Source: a virus
Lineage: Duplodnaviria > Caudoviricetes
DNA: 64,000 nucleotides
Strand: one strand, 5' to 3'
Virus record (IMG/VR): IMGVR_UViG_3300048502_000185
Coordinates: 26,988 to 90,987 of that record
A program made the translations under genes and the position numbers. Shown in pieces: positions 41,609 through 50,399 of this stretch. Below the pieces are notes generated by a model that was not told the DNA's origin, did not search any database, and worked only from the letters and a program-made list of their open reading frames with translations. The stretch's first letter is position 1. The number at the start of each line of letters is the position of its first letter.

Positions 41609-41980
41609 CTACGGTCTCATAACGCCGTTATAGATTGCCAGTTCATCTTGAGCGCTGAAGTCTGCCAGGTGGTACGATTCATTCTCATAATCACCGGTAT
41701 AGGGATCCATGTCATCATAGCTGGTATACCAGATACCAGGGTGAAACTCGGACGAACTAGGCTCACATCCGCGAAGTTTGCGGATAACCTCTCCCACTGT
41801 AAGTGAATAACCTACTTCATCCTTCCAGCCTCGTTCGGCTGCTTCGCCGTCACGGGCGGATTCTTCAGTGATAATCTCATACGTGGTGCGAATGATACCG
41901 CTAGACATGGGGGCCTGCTTTCTATATGTAGAATCTAAACTTAGCATCCCGATGGGTTCAGGCGAAACATTCCTTGCCAA
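41609..41980 (-). CDS. Conserved phage hypothetical protein
   Basis: RTTYEIITEESARDGEAAERGW; true start probably internal (MSSGIIR). Confidence 0.65.
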   Translation of the reverse strand: MARNVSPEPIGMLSLDSTYRKQAPMSSGIIRTTYEIITEESARDGEAAERGWKDEVGYSLTVGEVIRKLRGCEPSSSEFHPGIWYTSYDDMDPYTGDYENESYHLADFSAQDELAIYNGVMRP

Positions 41981-42188
41981 GTTGTTCCGCTTGAGCTACG
42001 CTAACACAATGTGGGTTATTAGGACCGTGCCAAGCCATGAAGCATGCTCCCCTAGCAGTAGGGAATGGACCGATTACGGCACCGTAAAGATGCCCGTGTG
42101 ATTCTTCCGTGGGAGATTCAGCCGACTGGAAAACTTGCCAGTCCCCTGCTTTGCAGCCAACCCAATATCGCTTGCGACTTGCTTTCAT
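41958..42188 (-). CDS. Hypothetical protein
   Basis: YGAVIGPF.T.RGA.FMA..G.NNPHC. Confidence 0.6.
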   Translation of the reverse strand: MKASRKRYWVGCKAGDWQVFQSAESPTEESHGHLYGAVIGPFPTARGACFMAWHGPNNPHCVSVAQAEQLGKECFA

Positions 42189-42513
42189 GTTCTTACCCCT
42201 ACCTTCTATTATTGGACAATCTTTATTATCCGATGGGACTTATACCGACTTCAGATATTCCGCAAGAGCTTCCAACTTGGCTCGTGCCCTATTCTGAATC
42301 TGACGCTGGATGGGATCCATGACATACTGTCCGACAAGACATACATCGTCAAGAGCAGACTTGCTTTGCAAGAGAGCTTCGCGAACCGTAGCAGAAAGAA
42401 CCTTTTCAGCATTCATTGGGGAACCTCGATTCTAATTATAGGGACAGTTTTATTACCTGATGGGACTTGGCAAAGGGGAAGGTCACCAGTGGGTTGGTTC
42501 CAAGATTGCAATT

Positions 42514-42529
42514 AGCAAAAACTATGCCG
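42514..42529 (-). promoter_or_regulatory. sigma54-type promoter
   Basis: CGGCATAGTTTTTGCT. Confidence 0.65.
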
Positions 42530-42574
42530 CCCCAATAATTCCAAAACAATGTAGACAAAAGTGGGAAAATGGAA

Positions 42575-42670
42575 CTGTACCGAAGATAACGGAAGATAAC
42601 TGAATACACTGAATACAATGTAAGCAAAGGTAAGACAACGTAAGTAAAGGTAAGACAACGGAAGTACCGT
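42575..42670 (+). repeat. Degenerate ~10-bp tandem repeats
   Basis: cgaagataac ggaagataac tgaatacac tgaatacaat gtaagcaaag gtaagacaac gtaagtaaag gtaagacaac. Confidence 0.6.
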
Positions 42671-42719
42671 AGATTAATTAAATTAAATTCTTCCCATCCC
42701 GACACTAGTAGAGTCATTA

Positions 42720-43190
42720 GAGATCTTAATCTTAGCGTCCCGTCTCGTTCTCGGATCTCTTCTCGGTTCTTTCTCGGTCTCTTCTCGTTCTCGTCTCGGC
42801 TTGAAAAAGAAAAAAATAAGATTAAAGATGGGTCTTCTCGGTTTTCTTTCTTCTTTGGTTCTTTCTTCTTTCTTTTGCTGGACAATTGCTGACGCCCTGC
42901 CCCCACATCATCCCACATCCGAACACCCGTAGGAGTTCCTATCACACATTGGCATCCACTATCCCACATGAGCTCAACCGTAGTAAGCGGATAACTAGGC
43001 CATCTATCCTACAATCTAATTCTAAATCTCCCATGTGGGCAAACCGCGCCAACATAGCCAAGCCTCGCAGAGATTGACAAGAATATAATTACCACGTAAT
43101 AGCGGGCTCGATGGGCTTGTCTCGCCCGGAACCTCCCTGCAAAGTCTGAACCTAAGTCTTGTTTTGCCCAAATGACCATACATGACCATG
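42720..43190 (+). repeat. Dispersed non-coding element, copy B
   Basis: See copy A; also carries AATGACCATACATGACCATG at ~43170. Confidence 0.75.
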
Positions 43191-43385
43191 TGTCGATGGG
43201 TTTGGAATCTGTTTTGATAAGGTGGCTCGGATATTGCAGATACAGCAATAAGCATGCTAACCGCCTAAAAAACTAAACAATTACCAACACTTACAGGTGG
43301 GCAAGTGTATTCGGGGCAAAACTCTGGGAGAAGCACCTAGCCTCTCCCACAAGTCTTACATGCTCTTACGTGCCCTCACATGCTC

Positions 43386-44081
43386 TTACATCGATGCGAG
43401 TTCATCCTTGATGTGTGCAAGCCGCTCACTCTCGATGGCGGCAAGCTGACCCATGTAATTCGCGCTCACACCGTCGCCGACTTCCGTGAACACACTTGCT
43501 TGTCGGTTGAAGTCCAGAATTGCCTCAACTGTAAGCACTTCGCGAGCCTTGAGATCGGCAAACTTGCGCGACATGGGGGTAGGGGTTCCACCGACGAACG
43601 TTGAATACACTGGCTTGACCGAACCGACAACCGTACCGGGTTCCCCACGAACCGCCCGATGAGCTTTCATATTGGCATTCATCTCTTGGGTTCCGTGCAG
43701 TTCTGCCATATTGTAGCCGATGTAAGATGCAATCGCATTGATTCGTTCGCCGCGGGTAACCGAGCGACGCATTGCGACCAGGAAACCTTTTGCGTCAATC
43801 GTGCCAGCGGTCGGCAGAGCCACGCCCAGGGTCATCGGGCGAGCATCGCGAATCGACGTTGCTTCAGCCTTGACGACAATCGGGGCAACTTTCGTACCCT
43901 TTGGTGTTTTCGGCATCTTGGGGGCTTTCGTAACACTACGCACGACCTTGACAAGAGCCGGAGTCGTCGAACCGAGTGTGTGACATGCCGGGGTAGGCTG
44001 GTCATACGACGCGACCAGTTTCGCAATAAGCGATTCAACTTCCGTGGCAGAAACTTCGGTCGAAACATTGAGGGTATTCAT
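43386..44081 (-). CDS. Hypothetical protein
   Basis: 231-aa ORF, GC-rich codon usage, AAGAAAGAGA RBS. Confidence 0.75.
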   Translation of the reverse strand: MNTLNVSTEVSATEVESLIAKLVASYDQPTPACHTLGSTTPALVKVVRSVTKAPKMPKTPKGTKVAPIVVKAEATSIRDARPMTLGVALPTAGTIDAKGFLVAMRRSVTRGERINAIASYIGYNMAELHGTQEMNANMKAHRAVRGEPGTVVGSVKPVYSTFVGGTPTPMSRKFADLKAREVLTVEAILDFNRQASVFTEVGDGVSANYMGQLAAIESERLAHIKDELASM

Positions 44082-44150
44082 TGTGAATCTCTTTCTTGAT
44101 TGTTTCTTTTGGGGGACAATATTAGCGAATGATCTCGACCTGATGGGAGT

Positions 44151-44417
44151 TCAGTGGGTTCGCAAAAACTTTCGCGCTGCGGTAAGGTTATCGAAGGTTG
44201 TCCACATACCGGGCGGAGAGTAACTATCGTATACATGATACACACCGTGTTTCATTATAAGACTTTTGTTTCCCTTGTATTCAACGTACCCACATCGGAA
44301 CGCATACTTCGTATAGCTCTTGTCAGCATTAAAAAACTGACAGTGTCGAGGTGCGACTCCGTCGCAGCAAGAAGGACATGTATGTTTTCTGCCGCCAATG
44401 TGGCTCAATGTGATCAT
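44151..44417 (-). CDS. Hypothetical Zn-binding protein
   Basis: CPSC...FRCGY. Confidence 0.65.
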   Translation of the reverse strand: MITLSHIGGRKHTCPSCCDGVAPRHCQFFNADKSYTKYAFRCGYVEYKGNKSLIMKHGVYHVYDSYSPPGMWTTFDNLTAARKFLRTH

Positions 44418-44988
44418 GATGAATCTCTTTTCTTATGTAATTCTTGGGGACAATTATAGCGCAGTCTTATTACCTGATGGGTCAAAAAAACAGTTTGCCC
44501 ACAACAATGACAAGGGAAGCCACTAGGATTCCCCAAAACATAACCGCCCACATTGTATCTGAAAAGTCCATTGGGACAGGAAGATCACGAAACCCGATGG
44601 GATCAAAAGAGAATCTCGATTAGTAGCATCACGACCACAAGAGACGTACATGCCACACACAAGAGTCCAATTAGCCACATCTTCTCAAGATGGCCTAGTG
44701 TAAGTCCTGCACATCGCTGGCGAGTCACAACGCCTCACCAAAAAACTCGAATTCCACAAGAGAATTCCGAATGTCTCGCAGATGGGAAAGCCGCCTAGCT
44801 CGGTTGGCTTGGAAGTCGGCTAGCATGAGGGTTCGGAGCGACTCGCATCGTGAGCATACTTCGAAGGTCACAATCGGCGGGTGCAAAAGATTGATATGCA
44901 TGGTGTCTAACCTCGTGTTATTATTAGGTAATTAGTTGCTGATGGGAACTGGGTCCGGTTAGGAAGCCTTGGACCTGATATTGCAGAT

Positions 44989-45004
44989 AGCAAGAAGCAA
45001 GCCA
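44989..45004 (-). promoter_or_regulatory. sigma54-type promoter
   Basis: TGGCTTGCTTCTTGCT. Confidence 0.65.
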
Positions 45005-45084
45005 AGCCCTAACACCCTAGAATTATCCTTTGGATAATTGATGAAAACAAGAGTTTTCATCCTACAGGTAGGTTCAAGCGCTAT

Positions 45085-45111
45085 AAAAACAAGGGAGCGA
45101 ACTAGGCTCCC
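45085..45111 (-). terminator. Intrinsic terminator
   Basis: GGGAGC/GCTCCC stem plus TTGTTTTT. Confidence 0.65.
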
Positions 45112-45329
45112 CTGTAAGATTAGGTAGGTCTATCGTGCCGCAATCAGTGCCTTGACAAGCGCACACTGAGCGAGATTCTTATTGGCCATGTTCAGAGCCG
45201 ATGGGCGATCAAGCCACTCAATGTAAGACTCATTGAACCGGAGGGTAAAGTACTTCACGAAGGTCGAATTCTTTTGGCTTTTCATCTTATTACCTCAATT
45301 ATTAGATACTAAACTAAAACTGATGGGAA

Positions 45330-45566
45330 TTAGATTCCCAGTGCGAGCGTTGCCTCTTCGGCTGTAAGAATGATATCCGTCTCGCAGTTAATGTAGGCAT
45401 GACGACCAGTGGAAGGCTGATAGCAATACATCAGCTTGTAATTATTACGTGTGGTAAAAGGAACTTCGGAACCTCCGCTAGCAGGTATCCACGCACCTTG
45501 TGAGTTCTCATAATCTTTCTTGTCAAGCAATTCTGCAAGGGTCATATCGGGAATCTCCTCAATCAT
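45330..45566 (-). CDS. Hypothetical protein (near-duplicate of 29077 gene)
   Basis: See 29077. Confidence 0.75.
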   Translation of the reverse strand: MIEEIPDMTLAELLDKKDYENSQGAWIPASGGSEVPFTTRNNYKLMYCYQPSTGRHAYINCETDIILTAEEATLALGI

Positions 45567-45594
45567 ATCAAAGGATTAGAATCTCGATGGGCGA

Positions 45595-45849
45595 TCAAGA
45601 GCCCGGATACAAGACATGTTCGTAGTTACCAAGGAAAAGTTTCGCACCCTTGCTGACAATGTAGGCGGATCCAATGTTAGACCACAACACATAGTAAACC
45701 CGATGCCAGCGCTTATTCACCTGAATCATCATTGAAGAGGGCAGTTTGCTACCGTAGCCCGTGCGGGAATAATTCATTGGAGTCTTAGTTTGCTTCTTGT
45801 CGGTAACCGTGGTAGGGTCGAGATAGGTAATCATGGTTGGGAACCTCAA
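45595..45849 (-). CDS. Conserved phage hypothetical protein
   Basis: TGYGSKLPS..M......RVY...WSNIGSAYI. Confidence 0.7.
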   Translation of the reverse strand: MRFPTMITYLDPTTVTDKKQTKTPMNYSRTGYGSKLPSSMMIQVNKRWHRVYYVLWSNIGSAYIVSKGAKLFLGNYEHVLYPGS

Positions 45850-45881
45850 TTATGAGCAATATCAATTACTTGATGGGATAA

Positions 45882-46511
45882 TCAGTTGCTGACGTCATCA
45901 TTGCTGCTACAAGAATTGAACTGACAGTGCCAAGTAACCGATCCGTGCTCTTGCGGTTTATCAAAGCACGTAACTTGCATGACGGCGGAAACATTGACAA
46001 GAACCGTGCCCGACATCTGAGCAGCCCAGTTTACTGCCGAATCTCCACCAGGCTTACTTGTAAGTTCGGTGGTAATAACTACCGTTGTAGTGAATCCACC
46101 ATAGCAGGCCTTAGCTGCATCAACAGAATCACTTAGCACCGTTATTGCTGCTTTTTCTGCAACGATGGGGTCAACGGCAGACCTAATCGTTGTGCGAGAC
46201 TCGTGCCATACATGGTCGCCCTTGTGAGACAAGCACCTAACATTCAACTTCGCGAGAACATTGAAACCCTGGTCTGATTGACTAATCGTGGTAAGCTTGT
46301 ATGACGACGAAACTGCTTTACCACCTTGATGGGTTGTGCAAGCATCCGAGGCGTTCTGTTGTGCGACATCCAACGCCATGTGGGTTGCCGGATTATACTC
46401 AGCAGATATTCCAGTGCCACTGTATTCTTCGTTCCAAGTATTCGAAGCAAGAGCTGAAGTCGCACAAGTCAGGATAGCGGCAACGGCGAACACTGTCGGG
46501 ATGGCTTTCAT
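45882..46511 (-). CDS. Secreted protein, two-domain member of a family with the 49112 and 50045 genes
   Basis: Signal peptide; W..EY.G.G.S...A...A...C...V......C. Confidence 0.7.
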   Translation of the reverse strand: MKAIPTVFAVAAILTCATSALASNTWNEEYSGTGISAEYNPATHMALDVAQQNASDACTTHQGGKAVSSSYKLTTISQSDQGFNVLAKLNVRCLSHKGDHVWHESRTTIRSAVDPIVAEKAAITVLSDSVDAAKACYGGFTTTVVITTELTSKPGGDSAVNWAAQMSGTVLVNVSAVMQVTCFDKPQEHGSVTWHCQFNSCSSNDDVSN

Positions 46512-47029
46512 TGTCGGGAACCTCATGATATGATTGAGATACTTGGCTCGATGGGTTTTAGAACCGACAATGGCACTTAGTATCCTTAGGACTTGCAGGC
46601 CAGCCGCTCGCAAACCTACGCTTTTCTTCTGCCCAGTCTGCCCGAAGAGCTCTCCACATATGGAAAGTGTCATCAAAGGACACACGGTTTTCGACTGCCA
46701 TAAACCATCCCGCTATAAAAAGAGTGGGAATCTCCTCATCAGACGACGAAACCGAATCAACCGGCGGACACGTAAACTTTTCGCTGCTCATCTTGAATAC
46801 CTCAATTATGTTGGGGATGCTTGGCTCGATGGGTTTCTGTCAGCCATTGACGTCAAGGTCGGCACGCCAAGAGTTTTTATAGTCTTTGGCACGCTTGTCT
46901 TGCTTTGCTTTGAAGGTCTGGGCTTTGCCAGTGCCATTGACAATCATGGCATAGGCGACGCTGTTACGAGGGACTGGCTTCTGTTTGCGTTTCATGGTAG
47001 TTATGATAACCTTTTATTCACTGATGGGA

Positions 47030-47248
47030 TCAGGCCTTAGTATAATAATCGAACCAAGATCCAGACCGACTTGTGCGACGTTTGCTCTCATCCGAGGTAC
47101 AGAATCTGCTAGAGGTATTAATGCTGTTACAATGTAGTTGGGCAACCAGCAAAGAGACATTCCAAAAGATAGTCCTGCGACATCCCGAACGGTGAAAAAG
47201 CCTAATGATATTATAGGTTTGCATGATATCCTCGTTTATTGACGTCAA
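47030..47248 (-). CDS. Small hypothetical protein (paralog of 25298 gene)
   Basis: See 25298. Confidence 0.7.
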   Translation of the reverse strand: MTSINEDIMQTYNIIRLFHRSGCRRTIFWNVSLLVAQLHCNSINTSSRFCTSDESKRRTSRSGSWFDYYTKA

Positions 47249-47310
47249 AGTAATGCCTGATGGGAAGCAGCTTGGGTCTTATTGGTGCCTGGGACCAGAT
47301 CTTGATATAT

Positions 47311-47326
47311 TGCACAACCCATGCCA
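47311..47326 (-). promoter_or_regulatory. sigma54-type promoter
   Basis: TGGCATGGGTTGTGCA. Confidence 0.7.
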
Positions 47327-47340
47327 AGTGCAAGATATAT

Positions 47341-47366
47341 AAAAAAGAGCCCCTACTACGGGGCCC
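47341..47366 (-). terminator. Intrinsic terminator
   Basis: GCCCC-GTAGTA-GGGGC-TC-T6; identical copy at 48121. Confidence 0.75.
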
Positions 47367-47401
47367 TTATCACACATGTCCGAACCTAACCTACAAGAAG
47401 C

Positions 47402-47986
47402 TTATTCACCCACGTCTCTATCGTGTTTCGGTGACCCGAAACGGGCGGAATTGTGGGCAGAGGTAGCCACGTCAATCAAGAATTCCACACACTTCTCCTT
47501 GCTATTCTTGACATAGGAGACCTTGAGATACAAGTGATCACAATGTAAGCCTTGTTCGGTGTGACTGTCAGCCTCGACTAGCAAACTACTCGTTCCCGCA
47601 TCAAGATTCACATCGAACCCCACCGTGGCATCCTTCGGCAGAAGTGAGAGAATGTTAACAAGACGCTCACGAGGACAACCAGTAAGATACCAGAAACCAC
47701 TGGTAGGACGGAAACCTTCATCGTATCGCATGAAAGTCAGCCCAGTAAGGCTTTGCTCCCCCGTACGACGACTCGTATGTCCGTTGCTCACATAGCCCGC
47801 GATGCCTTCCAAGGTGCGCGCCTCTTTATCGGCACGGTCTTTGCGAGCACGAATCTCGAAGATAAAAGAGTCACTGTAGGATTCACGGTCCAAGGTAGGC
47901 TTCCCATGGAGACTCAGCGCATCATACCCATACTTGGCCACATCGAGCAATTGCTTCGCCGTCGTTTTACCGTGGAGATCGTTCAC
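47402..47986 (-). CDS. Hypothetical protein
   Basis: 194-aa ORF with AAGGA RBS. Confidence 0.7.
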   Translation of the reverse strand: MNDLHGKTTAKQLLDVAKYGYDALSLHGKPTLDRESYSDSFIFEIRARKDRADKEARTLEGIAGYVSNGHTSRRTGEQSLTGLTFMRYDEGFRPTSGFWYLTGCPRERLVNILSLLPKDATVGFDVNLDAGTSSLLVEADSHTEQGLHCDHLYLKVSYVKNSKEKCVEFLIDVATSAHNSARFGSPKHDRDVGE

Positions 47987-48089
47987 TTTGATATCCTTCT
48001 TTCTTGTTTTGCCGCTTATAATATAGGAAAATTATTCCTGATGGGAGCTTGGTCTGGTTCTGGTGCCTTGGGACCAGATCTTGATATAT

Positions 48090-48105
48090 TGCATAACCCA
48101 TGCCA
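48090..48105 (-). promoter_or_regulatory. sigma54-type promoter
   Basis: TGGCATGGGTTATGCA. Confidence 0.7.
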
Positions 48106-48120
48106 AGTGCAAGTCCCATA

Positions 48121-48147
48121 AAAAAGAGCCCCTACTACGGGGCCCTT
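48121..48147 (-). terminator. Intrinsic terminator
   Basis: Copy of the 47341 terminator. Confidence 0.75.
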
Positions 48148-48160
48148 ATCTTACATGTTC

Positions 48161-48373
48161 CTACTTGACCTTGACAACCTTACCGTTCACCATGGTCACG
48201 GTAGCATACCACTTGTGCGGCTCGGGATAATGTGGGCCCGAGATAAACTCTTGACCATCACGGACTGGCGCACCCATTCCGGGGGCATAGATCGTGACTT
48301 CTTTGCCAGCGGCAACGGCTTCTTTGAGGGCCTTCTTGGACTTGAAGTTGATATCGGTGTACATTGGGAACAT
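48161..48373 (-). CDS. Conserved small phage protein
   Basis: NFKSKKALKEAVAAG...GPHYPEPHKWYA. Confidence 0.75.
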   Translation of the reverse strand: MFPMYTDINFKSKKALKEAVAAGKEVTIYAPGMGAPVRDGQEFISGPHYPEPHKWYATVTMVNGKVVKVK

Positions 48374-48430
48374 CCTTTCGGGGAGGGGAACAATTATGGG
48401 GTAAAGTTAGGTCAGGATGGGAAGATTGGG

Positions 48431-48643
48431 TTAGTAGGGCAGATTAAAGTTAGGATCTTCTTGATCCCTAAAAGTGCCATCATTCCACTTATATACCTCG
48501 ACATGAAAGGATATCGTTATCTGCCCACGATAGTTTACATTGTCGTAAACGGTGCAATTCGGGTCCTTCGCAGCGAGCCAAGCCTTTTGATCGCCTAGAA
48601 ACAAGTTGTCTAATTCCTTTTGATTCTTGTATAGAATGTTCAT
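48431..48643 (-). CDS. Hypothetical protein
   Basis: GAGG RBS; post-stop TCCCATC. Confidence 0.6.
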   Translation of the reverse strand: MNILYKNQKELDNLFLGDQKAWLAAKDPNCTVYDNVNYRGQITISFHVEVYKWNDGTFRDQEDPNFNLPY

Positions 48644-49111
48644 CTTAGAACCTCAATTATGTGGGTGCATATACCTATCATAACACGCCACGTGGCACGG
48701 TCAAGTCCCCTCGTCACTTTTTTTGGCAGACTCGCCAGTTACCGACGAGAGCGAATGCGCGATCGAGGTCGACCCAGTCCGCGTTACGCAGCACGTCTCG
48801 TGACGCCTCGGGAAGGTCGGGAAGGCCTCCTCCCTCCAAGGCGGTGTGAAAAGAAGGCTTATCGAGTCTGCCCAGCGCGCGAAGTGTTCTCAGCGTCCCA
48901 AGAACCTCGCGGTCTTGAAGCACCACCTTCATCGCCCGCAGTGCAGTCAGTTCCGCCCGTCGTGTCGTCGTCGTCTTCATATAATTCAAAAAACGTAGAT
49001 TGGAAACGGGAGTTTCCAATATTATCCCGAAGGGATAATCTAGGGGTAAAAAGTATATTAGATCAGGAGTAAGTTTTTCACATACTCCTGATTACTTTTT
49101 TATCTATTATC

Positions 49112-49411
49112 CTACTTCGTGCAGGTCATCTTGGCAGCGATGACAACCGTGTAGCCGTTGTCGTCAAGTGTTACCACGTTATATCCCTGATGTAAGATAA
49201 GCTTTCCACCGTCGCACAATGTAGTCGCGGCGAATCTTTCGCCTAAGTCTTCCGTGGCCATGGCAGTTGCCTCGTCAAGGTCGGTCGAAGTTCCAGCACC
49301 AGCATAATCCTGGTGAAACACTCTGGTAGTGAAGTCTGCCGAAACCGGGGAAGACGTCCCGAGAATAGGAACCGTGGCAAGAAGGGACGAGATAATGATC
49401 AATGCTTTCAT
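49112..49411 (-). CDS. Secreted protein (family with 45882 and 50045)
   Basis: Signal peptide; F.QDY.G.G.S...A...C...C. Confidence 0.7.
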   Translation of the reverse strand: MKALIIISSLLATVPILGTSSPVSADFTTRVFHQDYAGAGTSTDLDEATAMATEDLGERFAATTLCDGGKLILHQGYNVVTLDDNGYTVVIAAKMTCTK

Positions 49412-49502
49412 TGGGATAGCCTCAATTAGGAGGTATAAAGTAAAACCTGATGGGAGTTCAAAGGGAATAAAAAGAAGCCTGTTGGCCAGAAGATTGCTGT
49501 AT

Positions 49503-49518
49503 AGCAAAGATCATGCCG
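49503..49518 (-). promoter_or_regulatory. sigma54-type promoter
   Basis: CGGCATGATCTTTGCT. Confidence 0.7.
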
Positions 49519-49532
49519 CATACAATGTACAT

Positions 49533-49559
49533 AAAAAAAAAGGCCCCAATTAAGGGGCC
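49533..49559 (-). terminator. Intrinsic terminator
   Basis: GGCCCC/GGGGCC stem plus T9. Confidence 0.75.
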
Positions 49560-49581
49560 CAGATTATTCATCCTCAGACCT

Positions 49582-49776
49582 TCACGGTCTCCAGCAAGGT
49601 GTAAGTATAAGTTGCTGGCCAATAGCCGCGTCGATCTTCTGGATATCCAGCTCGAGCTTACGCCCCACGTTCAACGGGCAGCGGTACAGGTTCGCGTCCA
49701 AGAGGGCCTGCACCTTAATCGCCCGCAGTTCAGTCAGTTGCGCCCGTCGTGCCGTCGTCATTGTCATGGTGGTCAT
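49582..49776 (-). CDS. Small hypothetical protein
   Basis: MTT..RRA.LTELRA.K start also seen within the 48714..49019 ORF. Confidence 0.55.
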   Translation of the reverse strand: MTTMTMTTARRAQLTELRAIKVQALLDANLYRCPLNVGRKLELDIQKIDAAIGQQLILTPCWRP

Positions 49777-49853
49777 ATATATTATATAAAAGTAAAACCT
49801 GATGGGAAGTTAGGGTATTGGGATAAAAAGGATGGCTTGAAAGTTGCAAAGAA

Positions 49854-49869
49854 AGCAAGAATTATACCA
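49854..49869 (-). promoter_or_regulatory. sigma54-type promoter
   Basis: TGGTATAATTCTTGCT. Confidence 0.6.
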
Positions 49870-50044
49870 AACCAAAACATTCATTAGAAACTAGATGTCA
49901 TCCAAAGAGGTTTTGAAAACCACCCAAAAAACCGCGTCCGAAAAAACCCAAGCAATATCAACGAGTTATAAAAAGCAAAACTCATTTTCGCCGTAGGCGG
50001 AATTCAGTTTTTCCAGACTAGTGTGTTGGAGGTAAGTTTTTTGA

Positions 50045-50371
50045 TTACTTTGACTCCGCAGAGACGGTGTCTGAGCAGGTCGCCTGAAACGTCATTGTAA
50101 CGGTGTAAGTTCCCTGACCCTGAGTCATTGACACGATGACCTTGTGAGATACTTCGTAGCCGTTGTGACAGGGGTGGTCACTGTCAGCACCCCTTGACAT
50201 AAGGGATTGTGCCACATTAAGCGCAGCATGAATGTTTGATTCTCTAAAGTCATCAGATGTCGCCTTGCCAATGTAGGTTTCGGTCCAGGACTTTGAGGCA
50301 AGTGCAGTGCCAGCCAACGAAAGAATGGCAAGGGCGGCAAACATTCCGAGGGTTTTTTTGGGGGAGTTCAT
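50045..50371 (-). CDS. Secreted protein (family with 45882 and 49112)
   Basis: Signal peptide ALA-SKSWTETYIG.ATS. Confidence 0.7.
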   Translation of the reverse strand: MNSPKKTLGMFAALAILSLAGTALASKSWTETYIGKATSDDFRESNIHAALNVAQSLMSRGADSDHPCHNGYEVSHKVIVSMTQGQGTYTVTMTFQATCSDTVSAESK

Positions 50372-50399
50372 AATATATGGGCATAATAAAGAATAGGAT

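Noticed and set aside
42436-43255. ORFs 42436..42969, 43009..43248 and 30835..31026
   Set aside because: They overlap the low-complexity three-copy non-coding element and are not conserved in frame between copies
2752-47040. Long plus-strand shadow ORFs (e.g. 2752..3204, 11697..12377, 13418..13978, 24155..24490, 43659..44099, 46534..47040)
   Set aside because: Antisense to well-supported minus-strand genes; they stay open because of low-complexity or GC-rich codons and have no domain motifs
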